Below, one piece after another: positions 50,210-62,249 of a DNA stretch of 64,000 nucleotides. How positions within the stretch are numbered: the first letter of the stretch is position 1; every line of letters begins with the position of its first letter. Below the pieces are notes generated by a model. That model was not told the origin of the DNA and searched no databases. It was given only the letters and a program-made list of their open reading frames with translations. The translations under genes were made by a program, and so were the position numbers. Origin of the DNA: Eledone cirrhosa (Eukaryota); NCBI GenBank assembly GCA_964016885.1, contig OZ024744.1:76632001-76696000 (forward strand), in the 5' to 3' direction.

Positions 50210-51747
50210 GTGCTAGATTAGATTGGATTAAAGAATCTTTGGAGCATTAGAAAATAAATGCTTTGCAGTATATAATTTGGACCCTTTACGTTCTGAGTTC
50301 AAATTCCACCACCAAAGTTAATTAATTTTCATGTTTTTCATCCCTCCGTGGTCGATTAAATAAAGTACCAGGGAATTTATAATCGTCTAATACATTGTAG
50401 AAGGCGGTAAGTTGGTAGAATCGTTAGCACATCGGATAGAATATTTTGTAGCATTTGTTCCGGCTCTCTGCTCTCTGAGTTCCAATCCTGCCGAGGTAAA
50501 CTTTGCCTTTGATCCTTTCGAGGCCGATAATAAAAAAAAATACCGGTCTAGTACTGGGATCAATTTTCCCTCTGTATCTCGTCTCACTTCCTCCCTATCA
50601 CTCTCTTTCTTTCTCTGCTAGAAATCGGTTGTGATGTGACCCGGAGAGGAGATGGGCTCCGCTGGGTTTTAAAATGCCCTTGAAACTCTGTATGTCAATA
50701 CGGTGCCCCTATGACTCCCTCAGGAGTTACGGGACCATACATGCACCTACTTTTTTAACGAGTCAGCAATAGACTAAGCTTGTATAATACTATGTTCTGG
50801 TCCTGAAAAGTAAGATTTTGTTTTTCGGTTGCAGTTTTAAACCCTGAGGATTAGCAATATCTATAGAGCGTCAGACACCATGCTTTGTAGCATAAAGTTA
50901 TGGCCCTTTACTTTCTGAGTTCAAATCAGGCTGAGGTTAGCTTTGCCTTTCATCCTTACAGGATTGATAAAAGGAAGTACCAGTAACACACTGGGATCGA
51001 TTTAATCAACTCCCCCCTTCCTTTCAAATTGCTAGCCTTGTGCCTAAAGTAGAAACAGTTATTTATGTGGATTACAAAAAAAAAAAAAAAAGGAAAAAAA
51101 AGATTGTCTGAGCATTTATATATAAAGAAGGGCTCTAACAGGTTTCTAAATGTTCAATAAACGTCATAGGACACTCCTGCGACACTCCTACGGCATTCCT
51201 TACGGCACTACTACGGCACTCCTAAGGCATCCCTACGATTCCATCAGACGTTATGGGACAATATATATTTAAACATAAAATACATTATACACATCGGAAT
51301 CAAATTATGATAGAAGAAAAGAAAAAAAAAACAAGACTATAAGTTTTCCCACTATATAAAGATCAGCTAACATATGACATATCATCTCATGATTATCTTT
51401 CTTACTAAACCTTTACAAAGTCCATGTTTAATACATCTACATCATCTATATGTGATTGGCTGAAAAGCTGCTCTGATATCCAATCAAAATGCTTGCAGCA
51501 GCTATGCGAGGCGTCTTCTGTCTACCAGGAAACAATGTAGGCTGTTACTTAACAAGTCTTTTTCCTCTAACAATAGCAATTAGTTTTCCCACTTCTTTTA
51601 ATCTTCTTCCTTCGCATCATCCTCATCCTCATCATCATCATCTTAATCATCACCATCAACATCATGATCATCTTAATCATCATCATCATCATCATCACCA
51701 TCATCCTTATATCATCCTCCTCCGTATCATTACCATCTTCACCATTG

Positions 51748-51782
<35 letters not shown>

Positions 51783-53485
51783 GTCATCATCATTGTCATC
51801 ATCATCGTCGTCATCGCCATCAGCATCACCATCATCATCATTATCCTCACCATCATCAGCATCACCATCATCATCATTACCATCATCATCATCCTCCTCT
51901 TTATCACCATTACCATCATCATCATCATCATTACCATCACTCTAATAATGATAATTATTTCTACTTTAGGCACAAGGCCAGCAATTACCCAGTGCATTAC
52001 TGGTACTTTATTTTATCGACCCCGTAAGGATGAAAGGAAAAGTCAACCTCGGCGGGAGTTGAACTCAGATCGTAAAGGGACGTAACTATGCTGGAAAGCA
52101 TGGCGTCCGACCCTCTACCGATACTGCCATTCCACCGCCCTATAATGATAATGATAATACAATAACAACAACAATAATAACGGTTTCTGATTTAGAGATA
52201 AGGCTAACAGTTTTCGAGGGAGGGAAAGTTGATTAAATTGACCCCAGGGCCTGAATGGTAATTTACTTTATCGACCCCGTAATAAAAATAAGAATAATAG
52301 AATAATAATTTCTTTATTAACCACAAGGGTTCACATAAAAGAAAACATGAAGGACAGCACTGGACGGTAAACAAAAACAAGGAGAAAAAAATGTTAACAA
52401 AAAGATTATAGCAAAAGAAAATTTCTCAATAGGGGGGAGACCACCGAGGATTACTCGTGGCGAAAGCCACAAAAAAGCAACGATCACCCTGACCACTAGG
52501 GCTAGCGCCCTCTCCCCGTTCTCCTCATACAGTACTACAGGCACAATTCAATAAAATGACTGGAAGACAGCTCTTCCCTCTCTGCCCTATTATTTTCTTT
52601 TCGGGTGAAACCTGAAAAAGTTACTGAGGGCGTCAACGAAAAGGAAAGTGCCTGTCTTCACCCCCTTCAGTAGCGTCCACCATACTACTTCTTTCACCAT
52701 GGCCACCAGGCAGATAAAATCAGCCTGCCCTTCCTGGTTAAAGGAGGGCGGCGGAGCAATCTTCATGATGGATTTCACGTGACAACAGGTGTTCGACATA
52801 AACCCACAAGTCAGCGGTGCTCGGACACTGGACGAGTGCGTGCAAAATGGTTTCGTTTCCTCAGCACGCATCTCGAACACGCCCGGCTGACGACACTTCC
52901 AATGCCTGTAAAGTGTATCCCGATCAGGCAACGCACCTCTAGGTAGTACTGCTAGGCCAGGGATTTCTGAAGATTATCCATTGGCCCCGGACCGAAAGTT
53001 CTCCGAGGTGTCAGGTTGATATTCGGCATGATTTGGGAAAGAAGCAGAATTCAAAGGAAGTTTCAAACAATAATAATAATGATAATGATGATTTCATGTA
53101 TTGGCCAAAATGATCCAAGACATTGGGAACAATACAAGGTCAAAAACAGCACAAAGTGGAATTTAAATTGTGGAAAGGAAAGAGGACATCACTGAAGAGA
53201 AAACAGTAGGAATAACAATAATAAAAATTATAATATATATATTGACAATAGAAAACAATAACAATAATGATTTCTAGTATAAGCATAAGGCCAGTAATTT
53301 TAGGAAGAGGGGAAAGTCGATTAAATCGAGCCTAGTGCATTACTGGTACTTTATTTTATCGACCCAGAAATGATGATAGGTGAAGCTAACCTCGGTGGGA
53401 TTTGAACTCAGACCGTAAAGGCCCGTAATTCTATGCTGTAAAGCATGGTGTCCGACCCTCTACCGATACTGTCTATCCACCGCCC
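50210..53485. mobile_element. SINE cluster (50210-50372 +, 50402-50570 +, 50855-51060 +, 51955-52140 -, 52180-52280 -, 53268-53485 -) plus Tx1-like fragment 52310-53010 (-)
   Basis: Repeated SINE core; AMVKEVVWWTLLKG..FFRFH. Confidence 0.8.
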
Positions 53486-53570
53486 TAAACAATAACACGA
53501 AAACAATAACAATAATGAATATCAACAAGGACCAGTTCCCCAATGGTGGGGGGACTGAATTTTAAGGTAA

Positions 53571-54165
53571 CTAGATTTGTTTTCAACACGATGACGCGTA
53601 TGTGTATGTGTGCCTCGGCGTGTATATAGATTGTACACACAAGTGTAGTGTATGTTAGACGCTGTTTTCCGTAGTTTGTCATTACCCCTTCCTTCCTCAA
53701 TCATCTCTAGTGTGTGACGTCATCACCCCTTCTTTCCTCAGTCATCTCTAGTGTGTGACGACATCAGCCCTGCCTTCCTCAGTCTCTCTAGTGCGTGACG
53801 TCATCACCCCTTCCTTTCTCAATCATCTCTAGTATGTGACGTCATCACCCCTTCCTTCCTCATTCATCTGTAGTACGTGACGTCATCACTCCTTCCTTCC
53901 TCAGTCATCTCTAGTTTGTGACGTCATCACCCCTTCCTTGCTCAGTCATCTCTAGTGCGTGACGTCATCACCCCTTCCTTCCTCTGTCATCTCTAGTGCG
54001 TGACGTCATTATCCCTTCTTTCCTCAGTCATCTCTAGTATGTGACGTCATCACCCCTTCCTTCCTCAATCATCTCTAGTATATGACGTCATCATCTTTTC
54101 CTTCCTCAATTATCTCTAGTACGTGATGGAAGGACAGACGGAAGTAGCTCAAATTTATATATAGA
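53571..54165 (-). mobile_element. non-autonomous Helitron with an internal 41-bp minisatellite (53686-54126)
   Basis: Minus strand: A^TCTATATATAAATTTGAGC 5' end; acgcg-tcat-cgtgt hairpin then CTAG^T 3' end. Confidence 0.8.
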
Positions 54166-54259
54166 TTCCCGAGAGAAACCCCACACAAGGCCTCAGTTTA
54201 CTCTATTACATTGGAAGTGCTTCTTCCTAGTTTCTTTTCTCTTACTTAGAAGAGCATAA

Positions 54260-55575
54260 TTGGGCAAGATCTCGTTGCTCTCACCCATCTTTCATAAAAC
54301 AAACTAAAAGGCAGCACCTCATTCTATACCTTCTCCTTTCTCTTCAATTGCAACAAGAAATTGATGAGGGTTTGGCTGGATAGGAAGATTCCTGTCCTTA
54401 ATCCTTTTAGATGAGTCGACCATATAGCTTCCCTCACCATAGCTACCAGACAGAGAAAGACTTGCCATGCCTCTTTTCTAAAAGGAGGTGGCGGTTCTAT
54501 TTCCACTATAGACCTGGCTGATAGCTGGATCTTACTTACACATGATAGCAGTTGTTCGACTCAAGCCCACAACTCTGCAATGAGCGGGTACTGGGTGATA
54601 GCCTACAGAACGGTTTCATCACCCAACAAGCATGTCTGACAAGTCCGGCTGTTGGCATATATGTGCCTGTGGAGCTTGTTTCAGACTGTTAGTGCCCCAC
54701 TGCAGCAGTGCCATGCCAATGATTTTTGGTAATAGCCCATAATCTCCAACCTGAAAGTCCTCCAGAAGAGCCTGTTTGTCTGATCTCCTCACAGTTCTTT
54801 TCTATCTGGAGGTCCGATCCAAATTTGACGCTAAGCGCTTTGACCGAGGTCTTTGGTACAGAGAGAGAGATTTTCAGTGGCCGACGTGGTCCTGTCTTTC
54901 CACATGCCACGTTTCAAACCTACTTACTTTTCCCAGTTAATTCAAGCTCCAGTAACCTGCTGGTATCCTTGCAGTATGCAGCTGACTGCCTCTATATCTC
55001 AAGTACCGACACCATGACAGTGACGTCATCTGTGTACATATACACAGCTCTGCCGTGACCAGGTTCTAGCGGTATTCGTCTCAAGACTTCCATCCTCCTT
55101 TGCACAGGCTCTCAAATCAACTCTTAGAGGGGAGGGGAGAGGGGACATCCCTGACGGATCGAACGTTTCATGTGAAAATGTTCTGATAATTGGCCGTTCA
55201 ATTTGACCACTGAAGAGATACCGCTGTAGTGCGTAATGATCCAGCTTCTGAAAACAGGGCCGAAACCTGCTGCACTGAAAACAATCTCCAGATAGCGATG
55301 GTCTACTCTGTCAAATATGTTAAACTGATCTAAATTGACCAGTGCCCCGCCAAAGTCAGGTCTATTTCCCACCCGCTCCACGGTATATCTCATGAGGGGG
55401 AGGTTGTCATGGACAGATCTGCTGAGGATTGAACAGATATCTGCATCTCCGGCCATACCACCAATGTCAAGGGCCAACCTCTTGACCAGCTCCTTTGCTA
55501 AGACATTCAGCTGTGCGTTCAATAGAGTTACGTCCCCTTCTTTGGATCCATTCTTAGTAATGTCACCCCTCAAAG
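54260..55575 (-). mobile_element. internally deleted L1/Tx1-like LINE (RT plus C-terminus)
   Basis: NLDQFNIFDRVDHRYL..GFGPVFRSWI..RSIRQGCPLSP; YTDDVTV; AMVREAIWSTHLKGL. Confidence 0.85.
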
Positions 55576-55802
55576 AAAGAATGAAAAATAAGATAGATTG
55601 AGGGGACGAGCGGGATGGAATTGGAACAAATGTCTTTAGATAAAAATAACAGGTCCATTCATGTTGACATCTCTTGCAAAACTGTTGGTGCTGGCGTTTT
55701 GTGTATGATTTATTTTTTAGAAAAGTGGATGATGGCGCGCGTCTACCTGAAATGGGGAAAAAAACGTTTTGTAAAAAGAGCTATACTTGTGCACGTGCGT
55801 AA

Positions 55803-55882
<80 letters not shown>

Positions 55883-56094
55883 ATACGTCCGTACTCATAT
55901 GTGAGTAAAAGAGTGTGTGTGTATGTAAGTACGAAGCGATGAGCAAAAGTATGTTAATATAAGGGTGTGAATGTGTGTATACAGAGCAGTGAAGGGAAAA
56001 GTAGAGTGAGCATATATAGTCGGCAGGTTATAGTTGTAAGAGAAGATGTTAAGGATCAAGAGAAAGCGATAGGGGTGGGATTATCGACGGGGTA

Positions 56095-57810
56095 TTAGAG
56101 AAATTGGGTAGGTGAGTTGAGTCCAAGAGGGGAATAGGACCCAAGGCGGTGAATCAGACTTTGTTCAGTCCTGGTGCGCGAGGCCTGTGATCCATGATGT
56201 AAAAGGACACCCAGGACTGAAACATGTAGGGAAGAATGACCAGGAGAACAGAAATGACGGGCGACAGGAGTATCCAAACCGAGTCGTATGGTCGGCAAAA
56301 TGGTCCGCCATACGGCGTCCTGTTTGTCCGATGTATAAAGACCCGCAAAGGGAACACCGGGGGGCATAGACAACGTGGGTGGATGTGCAGGTAAAAGAGT
56401 GGTGGATACGGAAAGAGCCGTTAGGGCCTGTAAGAGTGGTGAGGGTGGAAATGAAGGGACAGTGTTGAAGTGGGAACGGGAACAAAGTTGAGAGCCGGGT
56501 GGAGTCAAGGTAGAGGACGAGAAGGAACTGCAAACCAGGAGGTCGCGTAGGTTGCGGGCGCGCTTAGAAGCAGTAATGGGTGGGTTTGGAAAAAAGCGAA
56601 AAGTGACGGGTCAGAAGAGAGGATGCGGGAGGAACGGAGGATAATTCGCCGGAGTGGTAGGGTGATGGGGTGGTAGGTGAGAGGGAAAGGAACACGGGTG
56701 TTGAGAGGGCGGGGATGAGGTGAGAGGGCTGTGGTGCGGTCTGTTTCACGTGCGCGGGTGAGAGCAGCTTGGATCAAGGTGGGGGGATATCCATGCTGGA
56801 TGAAGCAGGAAGCCATGCGAAGGGAATGGGTTTCGAAATCGTCGTCCTGGCTACAGAGTTGACGAAAACGGAGCAATTGGGAATAGGGTATGGATTGTTT
56901 GGTGTGGGTTGGATGGGAGGAGGTGAAGTCGAGATAAGAATGGGAGTCTGTTGGTTTAATGAAGATGGAAGTAGAGAGGGTGTGGTGAGAGTGATTAATA
57001 GATAGAGAGATATCTACAAAAGCGACAGAAGGAACGGAGACCGAGGCGGTGAAATTGAGAGCAGGGTGGAAAGATTGGACAAAAGAAAGAAAACAGTCGA
57101 GCTGTTCTCGTCGTGATAGAGAGGTGGCGCCAATACAGTCGTCGATATAACGACCGTAAAGCTCAGGAGTCAGTCCAGCGTACTGGGAGAAGATCTGGGC
57201 TTCGATGTAGCCAACAAACAAGTTGGCATAGTTTGGACCCATTCTGGTTCCCATCGCTACCCCAGAGACCTGCTGATAAAATTCACCCGAAAAAGAAAAT
57301 CCATTGAGGGTGATAACAAGCTCAGCCAGACGGAGAAGAGAGGTAGTGCTGGGGTAAGGGGTAGGGATTAAATCTAAAAAATGTTGGAGAGCTCGAAGGC
57401 CGTCATCATGAGGGATGACGGTATAGAGAGAGGTGATATCCAGGGTAAAGAGAAGGCGGGAGGGACCAGGGGGGAAGGAGAAAGAGTTGAAGAGTCTAAG
57501 GGCATGATCTGTATCGTGGATGTGGGAGGGGAGATTGCTGACCAACGGGGCGAGGATGGTGTCTAAATATTCAGAAATTATCTCGGTGGGGCAGTTGAAC
57601 GCACAAACGATAGGACGGCCGGGATTATTTTGTTTGAGTATTTTGGGGAGGAAGTAGATGCTGGATGTGTGAGGGGTGCGTACAATAAGGTTGGTGGTTG
57701 TGGGGGTAGGAGAGAGGAGGAGATGAGCCCGTGGATGGTGGAGGACATGAGTTGTCGGTAGCCAGGAGTGGGGTCGGAGGATAAAGGGCGGTAAAAAAGG
57801 GTATTGTGAA
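56095..57810 (-). mobile_element. Penelope-like retroelement (RT plus C-terminal GIY-YIG), frameshifted and 5' truncated
   Basis: PGRPIV; LDITSLYT; GVAMGTRMGPNYANLF; RYIDD; KPTDSHSYL; HVVYAPRCSLCGSLYIGQTGRRMADHFADH; GLN. Confidence 0.93.
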
Positions 57811-57959
57811 GCTAGGATAATAAGTTATCGTTTAAGGTAATCCAGTTAGAGTTTGTGGGTACTCTGTACTCTGGATAGTGATAAATGAAACAATTGTTAA
57901 TACTGTAAATAAAATTCATTTTGTACAGCCAACCATGTTATTCTTCACTTTTTTACTAC

Positions 57960-57990
<31 letters not shown>

Positions 57991-58009
57991 TATATATATA
58001 TATATATAT

Positions 58010-58111
58010 GAACCAGTAAGACCCCGACAGCTGAGCTCAAGCCGTTTCGACGGCTGTCCAGAATTAGCCGTCGAAACGGCTTGAGCTCAGCTGTCGGGGT
58101 CTTACTGGTTC
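58010..58111. repeat. GC-rich fold-back centred on a hammerhead stem II
   Basis: Perfect arms of about 39 bp; gacggct-loop-agccgtc GAAA cggct..agctg TC. Confidence 0.85.
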
Positions 58112-58191
58112 CTATTACCCACTCTACTACCTCAAGTATTGAGTACTTTGGTGCGTTATGGTCCACCTGGTTCCTTACCACATTTCCTTCG

Positions 58192-58258
<67 letters not shown>

Positions 58259-58286
58259 ATCAAAAGATGGTTAAAAGAGTTCCATG

Positions 58287-58357
58287 TATTTTATTATGCG
58301 CATTTCAAAAACAAATATCATCATGCAATAACATTTGCGTTTTCGTCAGATAAAATA
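58287..58357 (-). ncRNA. type I hammerhead, family E
   Basis: tattttat CTGACGA aaacgcaaatgttat..gatatttgttttt GAAA tgcgca TA|ataaaata. Confidence 0.85.
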
Positions 58358-58420
58358 GGGAGACATGATATGAAGGTTAAAACACACTTGCGAATGCAGT
58401 TTTAAATAAAACTCACCTCC

Positions 58421-58487
<67 letters not shown>

Positions 58488-58749
58488 GCGAGGATCGTAT
58501 TTCGGCTATTGGAAATTAGCGAAAGACACCTTCCGAGGAGTGAGGCAAGCGCTCTATAGAAGCTAGTGTTCTAGAGCAACAACGTAAGTTAGGAGGCCAA
58601 ATACACTGAGACGATGGTTAAACCATTATCCACACAGTCATATATATATATAAATGTATATATAGTGTATTTTGCAATACACTGTATGCTTAATTAAAAG
58701 CATTTTGAAGACTATTGTTTTAAAGTAGTGACTATGTCACTTACTTCTT

Positions 58750-58841
58750 TTTTCAGCAAACAAAGGGAGATGAGCTGACAGATCTCCGTTTCGTACTGTT
58801 GGTACTCTTCAGAGCTTGCCACTCCCTTTGTTTGCTGAAAA
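58750..58841 (-). ncRNA. type I hammerhead with extended stem I, family F
   Basis: ttcagcaaacaaagggag..agct CTGAAGA gtac caaca gtac GAAA cggagatctg TC|agct..ctccctttgtttgctgaa. Confidence 0.9.
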
Positions 58842-59091
58842 TTAGGAATATTGGATTCTTATAGAATTCCAGTAATAATCAGGAACTGATTATACAGAGC
58901 AGTTGCCGGTCCAGCAAAAATTGAAAATTAGAATTGGTGCTCTGTAATAGCGATATATATATGAATGTATATATAGTGTATTTTGCAATACACTGTATGC
59001 TTAATTAATAGCATTTTGAAGACTTAACGCTATTGTTTTAAAGTAGTGATTATGTCACTTACTTCTTTTTTCAGAGCACCAATATTCATAA

Positions 59092-59183
59092 TTTTCAGCA
59101 AACAAAGGGAGTGTTAAGCTCTGAGGAATACCAACAGTACGAAACAGAGATCTGTCAGCTTATCTCCCTTTGTTTGCTGAAAA
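59092..59183 (+). ncRNA. type I hammerhead, family F, inverted copy
   Basis: aagct CTGAGGA atac caaca gtac GAAA cagagatctg TC|agctt; a third decayed copy lies at 59470-59560 (-). Confidence 0.8.
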
Positions 59184-59894
59184 AAGAAGTGACATAGTCA
59201 CTACTTTAAAACAATAGCGTAAGGTCTTCAAAATTCTTTTAATTGAGCATACAGTGTATTGCTAAATACAATATATATATACATTCATATATATATCGCT
59301 ATTTTAGAGCACCAATTCTAATTTTATATATATATATATATGAATGTATATATATAGTGTATTTTACAATACACTGTATGCTTAATTAAAAGCATTTTGA
59401 AGACCATACGCTATTGTTTTAAAATACTGACACGCTATTGATACGCTAGTGATACGCTATTGTTTAAAATTCTCAGCAAACAGAGGAGATAAACTGACAG
59501 AGCTCTGTTTCGTACTTTTTGGTACTTATCAAAGCTCACTATTCCTCCTGTTTGCTGAAAATTATGTGTGTTGGATTCTTATAGAATTCCTGTAATAATC
59601 ATGAATTGATTATACAGAGCGGTCGCCGGTTCAGCAGAAATTGAAAATTAGAATTGGTGCTCTGAAATAGCGATATATATATGAATGTATATATAGTGTA
59701 TTTTGCAATACACTGTATGCTTAATTAAAAGCATTTTGAAGACCATACGCTATTGTTTATTTTAAGACCATACGCTATTGTATAAACAATAGCATATGGT
59801 CTTCAACATGCTTTTAATTAAGCATACAGTGTATTACAAAATCATTATATATACATTCATATATATATATCGCTATTTCAGACCCCCAATTCTA

Positions 59895-59925
<31 letters not shown>

Positions 59926-59969
59926 TCAATAATATTAATAAATGGAAACTATATTTATAAAATCATATT

Positions 59970-60205
59970 TATTTTATTATATATATTTCAAGGGTACCAA
60001 ACTTTGGCACGCTCTCATCAGATAAAATACAAAAGTTGTTTTACAGATAGTGACATATTCAAAACAAGAACTTATCGTGTTAAGTTCTGTTTCAAACAGA
60101 ACATAAAACGATAAGTTCTTGTTTTGAATACGTCACTATCTATAAAACAACTTTTATATTTTATCTGATGAGTGCGTACCAAAAATGTTGGTACCCTTGA
60201 AATAT
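59970..60205. ncRNA. fold-back pair of family A' hammerheads (59970-60029 minus; 60157-60205 plus, cut off in stem III)
   Basis: Homologous to 46957-47300 including the central hairpin. Confidence 0.8.
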
Positions 60206-60543
60206 CTCCTTATAATATATAACCAGCAATTTCTCTGTCTGTCTGTCCGACAGTGGAAACACGTGCGCGCGTGGTTGCTATCTCTCTCTCTCTCCAGCTA
60301 TCCCTCTCTTTTAGTCTGTCTGTTTCTCTCACTCTCACTCTTTCTCTTTGTAACACACTAACATTCCTCCCTTCTATCGCTGTGACGAATGGGGAGATGG
60401 AGGAGGAGGAGGAGGAGGAGGAGGAGGAGGAGGAGGAGGAGGAGGAGGAGGAGGAGGAGGAGGAGGAGGAGAGAGTCACTTCGTCACTTCACCTCTGCCT
60501 TTCTTTCTCTCCCCTCTCACTCCCTAATTACGTACAGACATTA

Positions 60544-60732
60544 GGGCGGTGGATTGGCAGAATCTGTAGAGAGTCGGACACCATGCTTCGTAGCATGGAG
60601 TTACGTCCCTTTACGGTCTGAGTTCAAATACCGCCGAGGTTAACTTTGCCTTTCATCCTCACGGGGTCGATTAAATAAAGTACCAGTAATGTACTGGGTA
60701 ATTGCTGGCCTTGTGCCAAAAGAAGAAACAAT
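60544..60732 (+). mobile_element. tRNA-derived SINE
   Basis: Family match. Confidence 0.9.
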
Positions 60733-60855
60733 CATTAGAAACATTGCTTCATTTTTACATATCTAAGCATTAGTAAAATAACTAATAATTTCAAAAGTAA
60801 TTTTTCAATTCAAATTGTTATGAACAGTAAAACATTAATAATAATTTTGTTCTAA

Positions 60856-61003
60856 GAAATATATATACATTTCTGTGTGTGTAATATATATATATATATA
60901 CACACAGAAATATATATACATTTCTGTGTGTGTAATATATATATATACACACACAGAAATATATATATATACACACAGAAATATATATACATTTCTGTGT
61001 GTG

Positions 61004-61052
<49 letters not shown>

Positions 61053-61078
61053 GAAATATATATACATTTCTGTGTGTG

Positions 61079-61127
<49 letters not shown>

Positions 61128-61155
61128 GAAATATATATACATTTCTGTGTGTGTA
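60856..61155. repeat. tandem repeat of a self-complementary unit cacacagaaat-atatatac-atttctgtgtg with variable (TA)n spacers
   Basis: Five to six units. Confidence 0.9.
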
Positions 61156-61399
61156 AAAAAACACACACATAAATATATGGTCATTTCTCTGTTTGTCTGG
61201 CTGTCTGTCCTTGTTATTTTACCTATTCATATTTTTGTTTTACGATCGTTTCGGAGGGTTGATCATATTGACATATTGACTGATCTATAGCAGTTAAGGT
61301 GCTACAGAAATATTAACTCCCCTTCTTTTCTCCACTTTGGTACTACCAAGAGAAACACTGTCGCTATAGAAACATTACCTTCCCCTCTCCACTCACTTT

Positions 61400-61701
61400 G
61401 TTCACTGAGTGTGTATGTCACTGAGTGTGTATGTCACTGAATGTGTATGTGTGTATGTGTGTGTATGTGTGTGTATATGTGTGTTTGTATGTGTGTGTGT
61501 TTGTGTGTATGTGTATGTGAATGTGTGTGTATGTGTGCGTGTGTATGTGTGTATACATGTGTGTGTATATATGTGTGTGTGTATGTGTGTGCATGTGAGT
61601 GAGTGTGTGTGTGTATGTATATGTGTATGTGTATGTGTATGTATGTGTGCGTGTGTATGTGTGCGTGTATGTGTGTATTTGTGTGTATGCATGTGTGTGT
61701 A

Positions 61702-61734
<33 letters not shown>

Positions 61735-62032
61735 ATGTGAGTGTGTGTTTGTGTTTTTGCGTATGTGTGTGTATGTGTGTATGTGTGTGTGTGCGTGGGC
61801 GTGTGTGTGTGCGTGTGTATGTGTATGTGTTTATGTGTGCGTGTGTATGTGTGCGTATATATGTGTGTGTATGTGTGTGTATGTATGTGTGTGTATGTGT
61901 ATGTGTGTGTGTGTGTGTGTATGTGTATGTGCGTGTGTGTGTATGTGCGTGTCTATGTGTTTGTGTTTGCGTATGTGAGTGAGTGTGTGTTTGTGTGTGT
62001 GTGTGTATGTGTGTGTGTATGTATGTGTGTGC
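61400..62032. repeat. degenerate (TG)n tract
   Basis: Direct inspection. Confidence 0.95.
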
Positions 62033-62249
62033 GGGGGTGGGGGTTATATATTCATATATTGTTTCTGAATGTATAACATATTGCAGTAAAGTCTAATTTG
62101 GAATTCATCATTCTGTAAAATTGTGGCAATAACAACAACCACTAACAACAACTTCCTCCAGAAGATGAGACCGCAAACCTTTAGAAATATTCAAGGACCT
62201 TGGAGCTTTGTTTATTCCAGACTAAACAATCACGATTAATAAAGAAATA

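Larger units (their letters stand above)
58640..59895. mobile_element. array of HHR-bearing monomers of about 310 bp in tandem and inverted orientations (retrozyme-like)
   Basis: atgtatatatagtgtattttgcaatacactgtatgc recurs at about 58654, 58965, 59344, 59685 (+) and about 59250, 59825 (-). Confidence 0.82.

Noticed and set aside
51489-52085. 198-aa His/Ile-rich membrane-like ORF
   Set aside because: It is a (CAT)n tract running into an antisense SINE.
60544-60640. tRNA genes at SINE heads
   Set aside because: They have B-box-like motifs but no cloverleaf, and are continuous with the SINE core.
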